Source: Vescimonas sp.
Lineage (GTDB): Bacteria; Bacillota; Clostridia; Oscillospirales; Oscillospiraceae
Length of the DNA stretch: 64,000 nt
Reading direction: 5' to 3'
NCBI GenBank assembly: GCA_045639965.1
Contig: JAZUEB010000081.1
Coordinates: 6,013 to 70,012, forward strand
Each line of letters starts with the position of its first letter. The stretch's first letter is position 1. The notes beneath the pieces were generated by a model. That model did not search any database, had not been told where the DNA came from, and was given only the letters and a program-made list of their open reading frames with translations. Shown here in pieces: positions 19,247 through 28,116 of this stretch. Both the position numbers and the translations under genes were made by a program.

Positions 19247-20527
19247 TTACAGCGAGATAAGTCCTGCGTCCAGCAGCTTCTGCAAACTCATGAGAATGCC
19301 CAGTTTTGCGTGATGCCACGTCAGGCCGCCCTGGAAATAGACCGCGTAGGGTTCGCGGATGGGGCCGTCGGCGGAAAGCTCACTGGTAGCACCCTGCACG
19401 AAAGCACCGGCTGCCATGATGACCTCGCTGTCGTAGCCGGGCATCGCCCAGGGCTCCGGGGTGGCGTAGCTGTCCACCGGGGCGGCGGATTGGATGCCCT
19501 TGCAGAACGCCACCATGCCCTCCCGGCTGCCCAGCTCCACGCATTGGATGATGTCGTGCCGCGTTTCGCACGCAGAAGGGATCACGCGGAAGCCCAGTTT
19601 TTCATAGCAGGCGGCGGCAAATACCGCACCCTTGACGGCGGCGGAGACCACCGTGGGCGCCATAAATAAACCCTGATAGAACTGGGTCAGCAGACCCAGA
19701 TTGGCACCTACCTCACGCCCCAGACCCGGGGCGCTCAGACGGTAGGCGCAGCGCTCGATGCACGCCTTTTTGCCGGCGATATAGCCGCCGGTGGGGGCAA
19801 GACCGCCGCCTAAATTCTTGATGAGACTGCCCACTACCATATCCGCGCCCACATCGGTGGGCTCCAGGGTCTCCACCAGCTCACCGTAGCAGTTGTCCAC
19901 CATGCATAAAACGTCCGGCTTGCACTGCTTGCAAAAGGCGATCAGCTTGCCGATCTCCTCAACGCCGAAGCTGGGGCGGGTGGCGTAACCCTTGCTGCGC
20001 TGAATGGTGATGAGCTTGGTCTTTTCGTTGATGGCACGGCGGATGCCGTCATAGTCAAAACCACCGTCGGGGAGTAAGTCCACCTGGGCGTAGGTGACGC
20101 CGTATTCCTTCAAAGAGCCCACAGAGGGACGAATGCCGATGACCTCCTCCAGCGTGTCGTAGGGCGCACCTACGGGGGAAAGCAGCTCGTCGCCGGGCAG
20201 GAGATTTGCTCCCAATGCCAGCGCCAGCGCGTGGGTACCGCAGGAGATCTGGGGGCGCACCAGCGCACTTTCCGTGTGGAAAATGTCGGCGTAGATCTGC
20301 TCCAGCGTGTCCCGCCCCAGGTCGTCATAGCCGTAGCCGGTGGAGAGATTGAAGTGGTTGGACGCCACACGGTTTTTCTGCATGGCGCAGAGCACCTTGG
20401 CCTGATTGTGCTCGGCCACGGCGTCGATTTCCGCAAAGCGCTGCCCCAGTCCGGCAAGACACTCCTCGCCGAAGCGCAGTGCCGATTCGCTGATGCCCAT
20501 CCGGGCGTATAATTCTTTGGTCGTCAT
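19247..20527 (-). CDS. methionine gamma-lyase family PLP protein (YnbB/aluminium-resistance type)
   Basis: TGYGYDDLGRD, QRSKGY, VDNCYGE, GSLIKNLGG and ELSADGP motifs. Confidence 0.88.
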   Translation of the reverse strand: MTTKELYARMGISESALRFGEECLAGLGQRFAEIDAVAEHNQAKVLCAMQKNRVASNHFNLSTGYGYDDLGRDTLEQIYADIFHTESALVRPQISCGTHALALALGANLLPGDELLSPVGAPYDTLEEVIGIRPSVGSLKEYGVTYAQVDLLPDGGFDYDGIRRAINEKTKLITIQRSKGYATRPSFGVEEIGKLIAFCKQCKPDVLCMVDNCYGELVETLEPTDVGADMVVGSLIKNLGGGLAPTGGYIAGKKACIERCAYRLSAPGLGREVGANLGLLTQFYQGLFMAPTVVSAAVKGAVFAAACYEKLGFRVIPSACETRHDIIQCVELGSREGMVAFCKGIQSAAPVDSYATPEPWAMPGYDSEVIMAAGAFVQGATSELSADGPIREPYAVYFQGGLTWHHAKLGILMSLQKLLDAGLISL

Positions 20528-21234
20528 AGGGCAACACCGTTCCATTTCATAATCGTGCGGATGGGATAGTCCCGATCCAAATAGTTTCGGCTGTACCACT
20601 CATAGGTGGCGCAGGGTAAATTGACAAGCTCAGGGGCTTCACAGCGGAAAATTTCAAAGGTCTTTTGGTCGCCGGACAGCAGAGCAGCCGCCACGTCCAG
20701 TTTTCCCTCGGCTTTCAGACGCTCCAGACAGCCGTCCATCACTGCTACGCAGGCTTGCTCTTCCTCCGTGCCGTAGTTCTCCCGATGACCCAGCCAGTAG
20801 AGGAATTCGTGGGGGTCCAGATCCAGCTTGGTGGTAATTTGAGACAGCTTATAAAACTCTTTCCAATCCCTGTTCTTCAGCACCTCGATAAGGTACTTTA
20901 CCAGATCGTCGTCCAGCGAGATGCAGTCCAAAAACACCTCAAAGGCGTGCTTGCCCGCATCGGGGTCATCAGCGGGTGTCTCTGTTTCTGCGGGAGCCTC
21001 GGACATCTGCGGGAACTCTGCACTCTGTGCAAAAATCTCTTCCGGTAATACCATGCCGTCCTGCTTCGCGCAGGCACGGACAAAGGCGGCAATGCCCATT
21101 TCGGCAAGCTGCGCCGACAGCTCTTTCATGCGTTCGCCCTCGTCTATCGCGGTGATGGTCATGCCTTGGGGCGGTATGCGCTTACCCTCAAAAAGCTCCT
21201 GCATATATTGGAGATAGTAGTCAAATAAAGTCAT
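20524..21234 (-). CDS. hypothetical protein (acidic, helical)
   Basis: 236-aa ORF with GGAA-type RBS; overlaps the ynbB-like start. Confidence 0.7.
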   Translation of the reverse strand: MTLFDYYLQYMQELFEGKRIPPQGMTITAIDEGERMKELSAQLAEMGIAAFVRACAKQDGMVLPEEIFAQSAEFPQMSEAPAETETPADDPDAGKHAFEVFLDCISLDDDLVKYLIEVLKNRDWKEFYKLSQITTKLDLDPHEFLYWLGHRENYGTEEEQACVAVMDGCLERLKAEGKLDVAAALLSGDQKTFEIFRCEAPELVNLPCATYEWYSRNYLDRDYPIRTIMKWNGVAL

Positions 21235-21335
21235 GGGATATTCCTGCCTTTCCGGCAAATATCTTACCATACGGCGCTTGCCTTTGCAAGAAATTTCGGG
21301 TAAGATAGGGGCAGAACGAAGCGAGGTGAAGTACC

Positions 21336-22253
21336 GTGCAGAACCTATATGCCGCCCCGTTGGAGGGGGTCACCACCCACATCTGGCGCAAAGCGCATCG
21401 CGCTGTTTTCGGTGGTGCATACAAGTATTATACCCCGTTTCTCTCACCCAACGGCAATCTGTGCTTTCAGACGAAAGAGCTGCGGGAGGTGAGGCAAGGC
21501 GAGAAGGACCTGGTGCCGCAGCTTTTGACCAACTCGGCGGAATACTTCATTTGGGGCGCCCGGGAGCTGCAAAAGCTGGGGTATCGGGAAGTGAATTTCA
21601 ACCTGGGATGCCCCAGCGGTACGGTGGTGGCCAAGCACAAGGGCAGCGGTCTTTTATCCGACCTGTCCTACCTTGACCGCCTGTTGGACGAGATATTCAA
21701 TGCACTGCCCGACCTCTCCATCTCTGTCAAGACCCGCATCGGACGCTACGAAACGGGGGAATGGGAGCGCCTGCTGGAGATCTTTGAGCGCTACCCGATT
21801 GCGGAGCTGACTGTACACCCCCGCGTGCAGAAGGAGTTTTACGAGGGATCGGCACACCGGGACGTGTTTTTGTGGACGCAGGCTCATACCCATCTGCCCT
21901 TGGTGTATAATGGTGATGTGACCACGCCTGACGATGCGGCATTTTCCTATGGCTGCCCGGTCATGCTGGGCCGGGGCCTTGCCCGGCGTCCCACCCTGCT
22001 GCGGGAGATCCGGGGCGGCGAAAAAGCCACCCGGCAGGAGCTGACCGCATTTCATGACGCGGTATTCAATGGTTATGAGCAGCTTTTGAGCGGCGCTTTG
22101 CCCGCCATCTATCGGATGCGGGAGCTCTGGAACTATCTGGCGTGTTCATTTGAGGGGACAGAGGACGCCATCAAGCGGATCCGCAAGGCGAAAACGCTGA
22201 CCGAGTACGAAGCAGCGGCACAGACGATCTTGCGGGAGTGCGAAATGAAATGA
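21336..22253 (+). CDS. tRNA-dihydrouridine synthase family protein
   Basis: APLEGVT, NFNLGCP, SVKTRIG, HPR, YNGD and MLGRG motifs. Confidence 0.9.
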   Translation: MQNLYAAPLEGVTTHIWRKAHRAVFGGAYKYYTPFLSPNGNLCFQTKELREVRQGEKDLVPQLLTNSAEYFIWGARELQKLGYREVNFNLGCPSGTVVAKHKGSGLLSDLSYLDRLLDEIFNALPDLSISVKTRIGRYETGEWERLLEIFERYPIAELTVHPRVQKEFYEGSAHRDVFLWTQAHTHLPLVYNGDVTTPDDAAFSYGCPVMLGRGLARRPTLLREIRGGEKATRQELTAFHDAVFNGYEQLLSGALPAIYRMRELWNYLACSFEGTEDAIKRIRKAKTLTEYEAAAQTILRECEMK

Positions 22254-22290
22254 GAAACGGAGCTGTCCGCATCGCGGACAGCTCCGTTTG
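22254..22290. terminator. terminator hairpin between convergent genes
   Basis: AAACGGAGCTGTCCGC-atc-GCGGACAGCTCCGTTT. Confidence 0.75.
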
Positions 22291-22291
22291 T

Positions 22292-23617
22292 TCAGGTGAC
22301 GTTGGTATCCTGCAGGATATAGCAGGTGATATCGCGGCGACCCCAGGGGACGCAGTCTCCATAGGTGGGGAACCAGACGTCGATGATGTTTCCCTTGACG
22401 GCACCGCCGCAGTCATAGGCGGTACCGATACCGTAGACCTTGCCGCCGGATACAGAGCCGATATACATACTGGTATGATAGGGGTATACCTTGGGGTCTA
22501 CGGCAATGACGCCCATGCCCACAGCGTGGCCCGTATAGGTGCGGGTACCGCCGGAGTAGGCGGTGGAGTTATTGATGACCTTTTTGGTATAGATCATGCT
22601 GTCGCCGTTTTCAAAGACCAGATAGCCGCCGCTGCCATCACGGAATGGATGGTCCTTGACGGCGCGCATATCCTGCTCCATGGTGTGGGCCAGGTGGCCG
22701 TACTCTACGATCTGGGTGACTGCGCTGTCGTCGCTGCGGGCAACCAGATGGGATTCTATCAGATCTCCTTTGCGGTAGACATCTTCATAGGTGTCGGTGA
22801 TACAGCCGGGTTTTCCCTCCTGCACGATCCGGTAGGTGCCCTTTTCCAGCAGATAGTTGGAGTAGGTGCGGGTATTGTAGGGGGAGAACGTCACCGCGCT
22901 GCGCTCATAGCGGAGCTCGTCGCTGATATGGATAATGGGCATGGTGCCGGCGACGTTGACGGCAATCATCTCGTCATCGGCAACGGCAATATGCAGCCGC
23001 CGCAGAAGATTTGCCACGGTCTCGCGGCGGCAGATGACGGTATCGCAGATGCTGCCGTGGCGTATCACGGCGGCTTGTCCCTTGTGCAGAACAAGCTGCG
23101 CATCGCCGGGTGCGGTGTCGCTGCTGATGGTGAGCAGGGGGAGCTCCCGATCCTCGTCGGGATAGCTGCGGACCACCTGAGGACCTGTTCCGTCCACAAC
23201 CAGATAGGTATAGGCCTTGTAGGAGGTCTGGGTGCAGCTCAGGCACAGGGGGATTTCAATGAGTGCTGTCAGAACAAGGCAAGCAAGAAAACGGACGGCA
23301 GGGTGGGCGGTATTGTATCGGTGTACACGCTGCAAAAATTGAAACTGGGGCAGAGCCAGCACGTTCCGGCGGAAGCGCTTTGCCCAGGCAACTATGCTGT
23401 GTACAGCGGGAGACCGGGAGATCCGGAGACGCAGATGCGCTCCTGTCTGCAAAGCGGCAAGGCGGATGCCTGCACACAGTGGACGCAGGATACCGCGCAG
23501 AAACCGACGGATCGCCCGATACTGGGGCAGAGCTGCCGCGGCGCGGCAAAAACGCTTCCACCCGGACGACTTTTCCGAGGGCGGCAGCAGATCCAGTTGT
23601 GTCAGACGATCGTTCAT
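22292..23617 (-). CDS. G5 + 3D domain cell-wall protein (YabE-like)
   Basis: G5-like IVQEGKPG..TQIVEYG; 3D domain IAVDP..AYDCGGAVKGNIIDVW; one TM segment; start uncertain. Confidence 0.75.
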   Translation of the reverse strand: MNDRLTQLDLLPPSEKSSGWKRFCRAAAALPQYRAIRRFLRGILRPLCAGIRLAALQTGAHLRLRISRSPAVHSIVAWAKRFRRNVLALPQFQFLQRVHRYNTAHPAVRFLACLVLTALIEIPLCLSCTQTSYKAYTYLVVDGTGPQVVRSYPDEDRELPLLTISSDTAPGDAQLVLHKGQAAVIRHGSICDTVICRRETVANLLRRLHIAVADDEMIAVNVAGTMPIIHISDELRYERSAVTFSPYNTRTYSNYLLEKGTYRIVQEGKPGCITDTYEDVYRKGDLIESHLVARSDDSAVTQIVEYGHLAHTMEQDMRAVKDHPFRDGSGGYLVFENGDSMIYTKKVINNSTAYSGGTRTYTGHAVGMGVIAVDPKVYPYHTSMYIGSVSGGKVYGIGTAYDCGGAVKGNIIDVWFPTYGDCVPWGRRDITCYILQDTNVT

Positions 23618-23757
23618 AACAAGATGAAAGCCGCATTTCCCACATGGTAAATGCGGCAAAACTCCTTTTTTGAAACAAAAACTAAGCGTAGTATATCAGT
23701 TTGGATTTCATTTGTCAAATGGGAGTATTTGTGTTATTCTGTTACAAAAAGGGGGAA

Positions 23758-24444
23758 ATGGGTATGAAATTGTTTCAGACGAAGCTCTATGAGCTGTTGG
23801 AGATCGAACCCGGCGTAACGGCCTTGATCGGCGGCGGCGGGAAAACATCCCTGCTGTATCATCTGGTGGGGGAATTGTACCGACGGGGTACGGTGGCGAT
23901 CGCAACCACCACCCATATCAAAAAGCCCGATCAGTTCCCCTTTGCCGCCACGGAAGAAGAGGCAAAAAGACTGCTGGCGGAGCGTGGATACGTGTGCATC
24001 GGCACAGAAACCGGGGACGGCAAGCTGACAGCGCCTTCCTTTGCCGGGTGGGAGCATCTCGCCGACTACGTTCTCGTGGAGGCGGACGGCGCAAAAATGC
24101 ACCCGCTGAAGGCCCATGCCGCGCATGAGCCGGTGATCCCCGTCGGCTGCGGGAACGTGATCTGCGTGGCGGGGGCGTCCGGTTTCCAAACCCCCATCGT
24201 ACAGGCGGTACATAGACCGGAAGTTTTTGCTGCGCTGGCAGAGGTTTCGGAGCAGAGTATCGCTACGCCGGAGTTAGTGGCGAAAGTGCTGGAAAAGGAG
24301 CATTTGCACACACGGGTATTTCTGAACCAGGTGGATGCGCTGCATCGATTTTTCGGCAAGGCGTCGATCAAGGAGTTTGCCAAAGAGCTGAACTGTCCTG
24401 TCGTGGCGGGCAGTTTGCGGCAGGGGAGCTGGCAGAAATACTGA
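23758..24444 (+). CDS. yqeC: selenium-dependent molybdenum hydroxylase accessory protein
   Basis: IGGGGKTSL, TTTHI and VEADGAK.HPLKA..HEPVIP motifs. Confidence 0.85.
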   Translation: MGMKLFQTKLYELLEIEPGVTALIGGGGKTSLLYHLVGELYRRGTVAIATTTHIKKPDQFPFAATEEEAKRLLAERGYVCIGTETGDGKLTAPSFAGWEHLADYVLVEADGAKMHPLKAHAAHEPVIPVGCGNVICVAGASGFQTPIVQAVHRPEVFAALAEVSEQSIATPELVAKVLEKEHLHTRVFLNQVDALHRFFGKASIKEFAKELNCPVVAGSLRQGSWQKY

Positions 24445-24462
24445 ATGCCGAATGCAAAAGGA

Positions 24463-24488
24463 AAGAGCGCCGCTGGCGCTCTTTTTTT
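24463..24488 (+). terminator. yqeC terminator
   Basis: AAAGAGCGCC-gct-GGCGCTCTTTTTTT. Confidence 0.75.
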
Positions 24489-24499
24489 GTAGAAACGGC

Positions 24500-24525
24500 G
24501 GGCGGACAGGGTCGTCCGCCCCTAC
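24500..24525 (-). repeat. GTAG-family REP element
   Basis: minus strand GTAG-GGGCGGAC-gaccct-GTCCGCCC; 24495-24527 is identical to 43195-43227. Confidence 0.85.
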
Positions 24526-24537
24526 AAGGTGTTAGGC

Positions 24538-25392
24538 TTATGCGCGTTTCAGCAGCTCCTCGGTCAAGGCGGCGTAATCGGCAAGGCTCAGCCGTTCGCC
24601 CCGGATATCGGGGGCAAAGCCGCAGGCGGTGATGGCATCTGTCAGTACCTCTTTGGACAAATCCCACCCGGTTTGCAGGCTGTTGGCCAGCGTTTTGCGC
24701 CGCAGGGCGAAGCCGGCTCGGACGGTGCGCCAGAACGCCGTCTCGTCAGAGACCTGCACCGCCGGGGCCTTCCGGGTGCGGCAATGGAGAACGGCAGAGG
24801 TGACCTTCGGCGCGGGCAGAAATGCCGTAGGCGGCACGAAGAACAGCAGCTCCGGCTCGGTGTAATACTGCATCAGCAGGGTAAACGCACCGTAATCTGC
24901 CGTACCCGGTTTGGCACAGATGCGCTGTGCCACCTCCTTTTGAATAAGGACGGTCAGACTTTCGAACACGCCGCTTTCCACAATCTTCGTGAGAATGGGT
25001 GAGGTAATGTTATAGGGCAGGTTGGCGCATAGAATGGGGCGCAGGCCGTTGAACTGTTCCTGCACCACCCGGGCAAGATCCAGCTTCATGGCGTCGCCCT
25101 CAATGAGGGTGAAGTGGGGGTATGCCGCCATGGTCTCCCTCAGCACGCTGTAAAGCCGGCTGTCCAACTCCACGGAGACCACTTTTCCGGCACGGCGGCA
25201 GAGCTGATCGGTAAGGCAGCCGATACCGGGGCCGATCTCCAGCACGCCGCAATCCGCATCGGCGCCGCTGGCGGCAGCGATGTCATAGGGCACCTGTGCA
25301 TCAATGAGGAAGTTCTGCCCAAGGGACTTGGCAAATTTGAAGGCATGGCGCTGAAGAAGTGCCTGTATTTCGTTGCGGTCACATAAGTTCAT
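24538..25392 (-). CDS. rsmA: 16S rRNA m6,2A1518/1519 dimethyltransferase
   Basis: KSLGQNFL, LEIGPGIG, ANLPYNITSP and P.PKVTS motifs. Confidence 0.95.
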   Translation of the reverse strand: MNLCDRNEIQALLQRHAFKFAKSLGQNFLIDAQVPYDIAAASGADADCGVLEIGPGIGCLTDQLCRRAGKVVSVELDSRLYSVLRETMAAYPHFTLIEGDAMKLDLARVVQEQFNGLRPILCANLPYNITSPILTKIVESGVFESLTVLIQKEVAQRICAKPGTADYGAFTLLMQYYTEPELLFFVPPTAFLPAPKVTSAVLHCRTRKAPAVQVSDETAFWRTVRAGFALRRKTLANSLQTGWDLSKEVLTDAITACGFAPDIRGERLSLADYAALTEELLKRA

Positions 25393-25453
25393 AGCGGTAC
25401 TCCTTTATTCATCGCATATAGTATAGCAGAAAAATATTTTGCCGTAAAGAGCA

Positions 25454-25482
25454 TTGACAAAATGTCTGCACGGTGGTATAAA
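25454..25482 (+). promoter_or_regulatory. sigma-A promoter
   Basis: TTGACA-17-(TG)TATAAA. Confidence 0.7.
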
Positions 25483-25515
25483 AAGTAAGAAAAGTTATAC
25501 TACGGAGGAAACGAT

Positions 25516-25740
25516 ATGACCAAAGAAGAACGGTATTTTATGGCATCGGTGAAGATCGGCCCCAAGGGGCAGATCGTGATCCCCAAAGAAGCGCGGGAGA
25601 TGTTCGGTGTGGAGCCGGGGGATACGCTGGTACTGTTGGCGGACAAGAAACGGGGCATCGCCCTGCAAACCGCAGACAAACTGCGCCCGTTTCTGAAAGA
25701 TGCCTTTGATCATCTGTCACCGATGGAGGAGAACGAATGA
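25516..25740 (+). CDS. AbrB/MazE/SpoVT family DNA-binding protein
   Basis: VKIGPKGQIVIPKEAREMFGVEPGD. Confidence 0.88.
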   Translation: MTKEERYFMASVKIGPKGQIVIPKEAREMFGVEPGDTLVLLADKKRGIALQTADKLRPFLKDAFDHLSPMEENE

Positions 25741-26474
25741 ACGTTTTAGAAGTACGGAAGTTGGAAAAGCGGTATCCGGCTTTTACCCTGCGCCATGTCA
25801 GCTTTGATGTGCCCGGGGGCGCCATCGTGGGCTTTATCGGCCGGAACGGCGCAGGGAAATCCACCACGCTGAAATCCATCCTGGGGATCTGCCATCCTGA
25901 CGGCGGGACGGTGACCTTCTGCGGGCAGGATACGAGAGAAAAGGAAAAGTGGTTCAAGGAAAACATCGGCGTGGTGCTGGGCGGCATCGACTTCTATCCC
26001 AGGAAGAAGCTGCGGGATATTACGGCGGTGACGCGAAAATTTTATGTCAACTGGGATGAGGAGAAGTATCGGCACTACTGCCAGGTGTTTGCCCTGGATG
26101 AGGGCAAGCGGGTGGATCAGCTCTCCAGCGGTATGCGCATCAAATATCTCATTGCGCTGGCCCTGAGCCACGAGGCGAAGCTGCTGATTCTGGATGAGCC
26201 CACCAGCGGCTTGGATCCGGTGAGTCGGGATGAACTGACGGAACTGTTCCGTGCCATCGTGAAAAGCGGGGAGCGGAGCATCCTGTTTTCCACCCATATC
26301 ACCTCCGATCTGGAGAAGTGCGCCAGCCATATTGTGTTTATCCAAGAGGGAGAAATTGTCTTTGGCCGCGCTATGAAAGATTTTATGTCAACTTATGCGG
26401 ATAAGGGAACGACGCTGGAGGATATCATCGTTGCCATGGAGAGGAGGGGATTGGATGAAGGCACTATTTTATAA
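25737..26474 (+). CDS. ABC exporter ATP-binding protein
   Basis: GRNGAGKST, LSSGM and ILDEPTSGLDP motifs. Confidence 0.9.
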   Translation: MNVLEVRKLEKRYPAFTLRHVSFDVPGGAIVGFIGRNGAGKSTTLKSILGICHPDGGTVTFCGQDTREKEKWFKENIGVVLGGIDFYPRKKLRDITAVTRKFYVNWDEEKYRHYCQVFALDEGKRVDQLSSGMRIKYLIALALSHEAKLLILDEPTSGLDPVSRDELTELFRAIVKSGERSILFSTHITSDLEKCASHIVFIQEGEIVFGRAMKDFMSTYADKGTTLEDIIVAMERRGLDEGTIL

Positions 26475-27090
26475 GCAGTGCAAGCTGGTGTGTCATCCCA
26501 TGACGCTGCTGTTTCCCTTTTTCGGCGTGATGCTTCTTATTCCCAGTTACCCCTATACGGTGGCGTTTTTCTATGTGACGCTGGGCGTTTTCTTTATGAT
26601 GCAGAACGGTCGGGAGCAGCGGGATATGGATTTTTCCGCCCTGCTGCCCATCCGAAAGCGGGACACGGTGAAGGTGACCATCCTGTTTACGGTTTTCGTG
26701 GAACTCTTTTCCCTGTTGTTTGCCGTACCCTTTGCGGTGATTTCCGCAAAACACAACTCTCTGGGAACGAATGCAGCGGGAATTGACGCCAACATTGCCC
26801 TTTTCGGTATGGCGTTTCTCCTGTTTGCCGTGTTCAACTTTGTGTTTTTCACCGCCTTTTACCGCACAGGGTACAAGGTGGGGACGGCGTTTCTCAAGGC
26901 GTCTGTCGGTATGTTCTTCGTGGTGGCGGGCGACGTGATCTTGCCCCATGTGCCGGGGCTTACCTGGCTGGATGGGGGGTATTCCACGCAGCAAATGGCG
27001 TTTTTGCTGTGCGGCGCTGTGGTTTTTGCGGCTGCCGCCGTTTGCACCTATCGGATCTCGGCACAGCGATATGAAAAGGTGGACGGATAA
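26455..27090 (+). CDS. ABC-2 type permease
   Basis: about 6 TM helices, LPIRKRD motif; coupled to the ATPase gene. Confidence 0.8.
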   Translation: MKALFYKQCKLVCHPMTLLFPFFGVMLLIPSYPYTVAFFYVTLGVFFMMQNGREQRDMDFSALLPIRKRDTVKVTILFTVFVELFSLLFAVPFAVISAKHNSLGTNAAGIDANIALFGMAFLLFAVFNFVFFTAFYRTGYKVGTAFLKASVGMFFVVAGDVILPHVPGLTWLDGGYSTQQMAFLLCGAVVFAAAAVCTYRISAQRYEKVDG

Positions 27091-27120
27091 AAAAAGAGAG
27101 CCGCAAGGCTCTCTTTTTTT
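27088..27120. terminator. bidirectional terminator
   Basis: AAAAAAAGAGAGCC-gcaa-GGCTCTCTTTTTTT. Confidence 0.8.
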
Positions 27121-27128
27121 GGCATGCA

Positions 27129-27153
27129 GGACGTAGGGGACGCCGTCCCCTAC
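27129..27153. repeat. GTAG-family REP-like palindrome
   Basis: GTAGGGGACG-C-CGTCCCCTAC. Confidence 0.7.
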
Positions 27154-27161
27154 GGGAAAGA

Positions 27162-28028
27162 TCACAGCAGTTTTTGCATATCCTCCGGCAGGGGCGCTGT
27201 CAGGTGTAAGACTTCCTCTGTGATGGGGTGGGTGAGCCACAGCTCGTGAGAGTGGAGAGCAGGGCGATCGATAAGCGACTGGTTCTCCGTGCCGTAGAGC
27301 CAGTCGCCAATGAGAGGGTGGCCGATAGCGGCACAGTGGAGCCGGAGCTGGTGGGTGCGCCCGGTAAGGGGACGCAGACGGAGCAGGGCGCAGTCGCCGG
27401 AGACCTGTACGGTTTCATAGACCGTGTGGCTCTCCAGACCGCCGGAGTCAATACAGCGTTTTAGTGCGGAAATCTCATCCCGTCCGATGGGCAAGTCGAT
27501 GGTGCCATCTGTGGGAGTGGGAGCGCCCGCACAGATCCCCAGATACTCCCGCCGGAACGCATCGGTATGGAGCTGACGCATCAGGAGATCGTGGGCGTGT
27601 CCGTTTTTGGCGACGACCATGAGACCGGTGACCCCCTTATCCAACCGGTTGACGGGGTGGAAGGTACCGCCGCCCAGATGGTGGGCTACCGCACCGGCGA
27701 CGGTGACGGCTTCGGCGGAGTGGACGGCAATATGGGCGGGTTTATTGATGACCAGCAGATCGTCGTCCTCATAGAGAATGTCCAGGGGGAAGTCCACAGG
27801 GGTGATGTGTGCGCTCAAGCCGCATGGGTCGGTGACGTTCACCGTCAGCACATCGCCCTCACGGACGATGGCGGCGACGGTACAGCTTTGCCCGTTGAGC
27901 AGGATGGCGTTTTCCCGCCACTTGAGAGATTTCAGCAGTGTATAGGACAGGCACAGCTTGCCCCGCAGAAGCTGACGGACTTTTTTGCCGCTGTCCTCTG
28001 CGGCGGCGGTGTATGACAGAACGCGCAT
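27162..28028 (-). CDS. RluA family RNA pseudouridine synthase
   Basis: INKPA, HPVNRLDKGVTG, TGRTHQLRLH and GHPLIGD motifs. Confidence 0.92.
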   Translation of the reverse strand: MRVLSYTAAAEDSGKKVRQLLRGKLCLSYTLLKSLKWRENAILLNGQSCTVAAIVREGDVLTVNVTDPCGLSAHITPVDFPLDILYEDDDLLVINKPAHIAVHSAEAVTVAGAVAHHLGGGTFHPVNRLDKGVTGLMVVAKNGHAHDLLMRQLHTDAFRREYLGICAGAPTPTDGTIDLPIGRDEISALKRCIDSGGLESHTVYETVQVSGDCALLRLRPLTGRTHQLRLHCAAIGHPLIGDWLYGTENQSLIDRPALHSHELWLTHPITEEVLHLTAPLPEDMQKLL

Positions 28029-28116
28029 TTTCTCACCCCTTCCCCAAAAAAATGATAGCATATTTGCCGAAAATGTGGTAGACTATTTTTTACCAAGGAT
28101 AAAGGAGTGTAACGCT

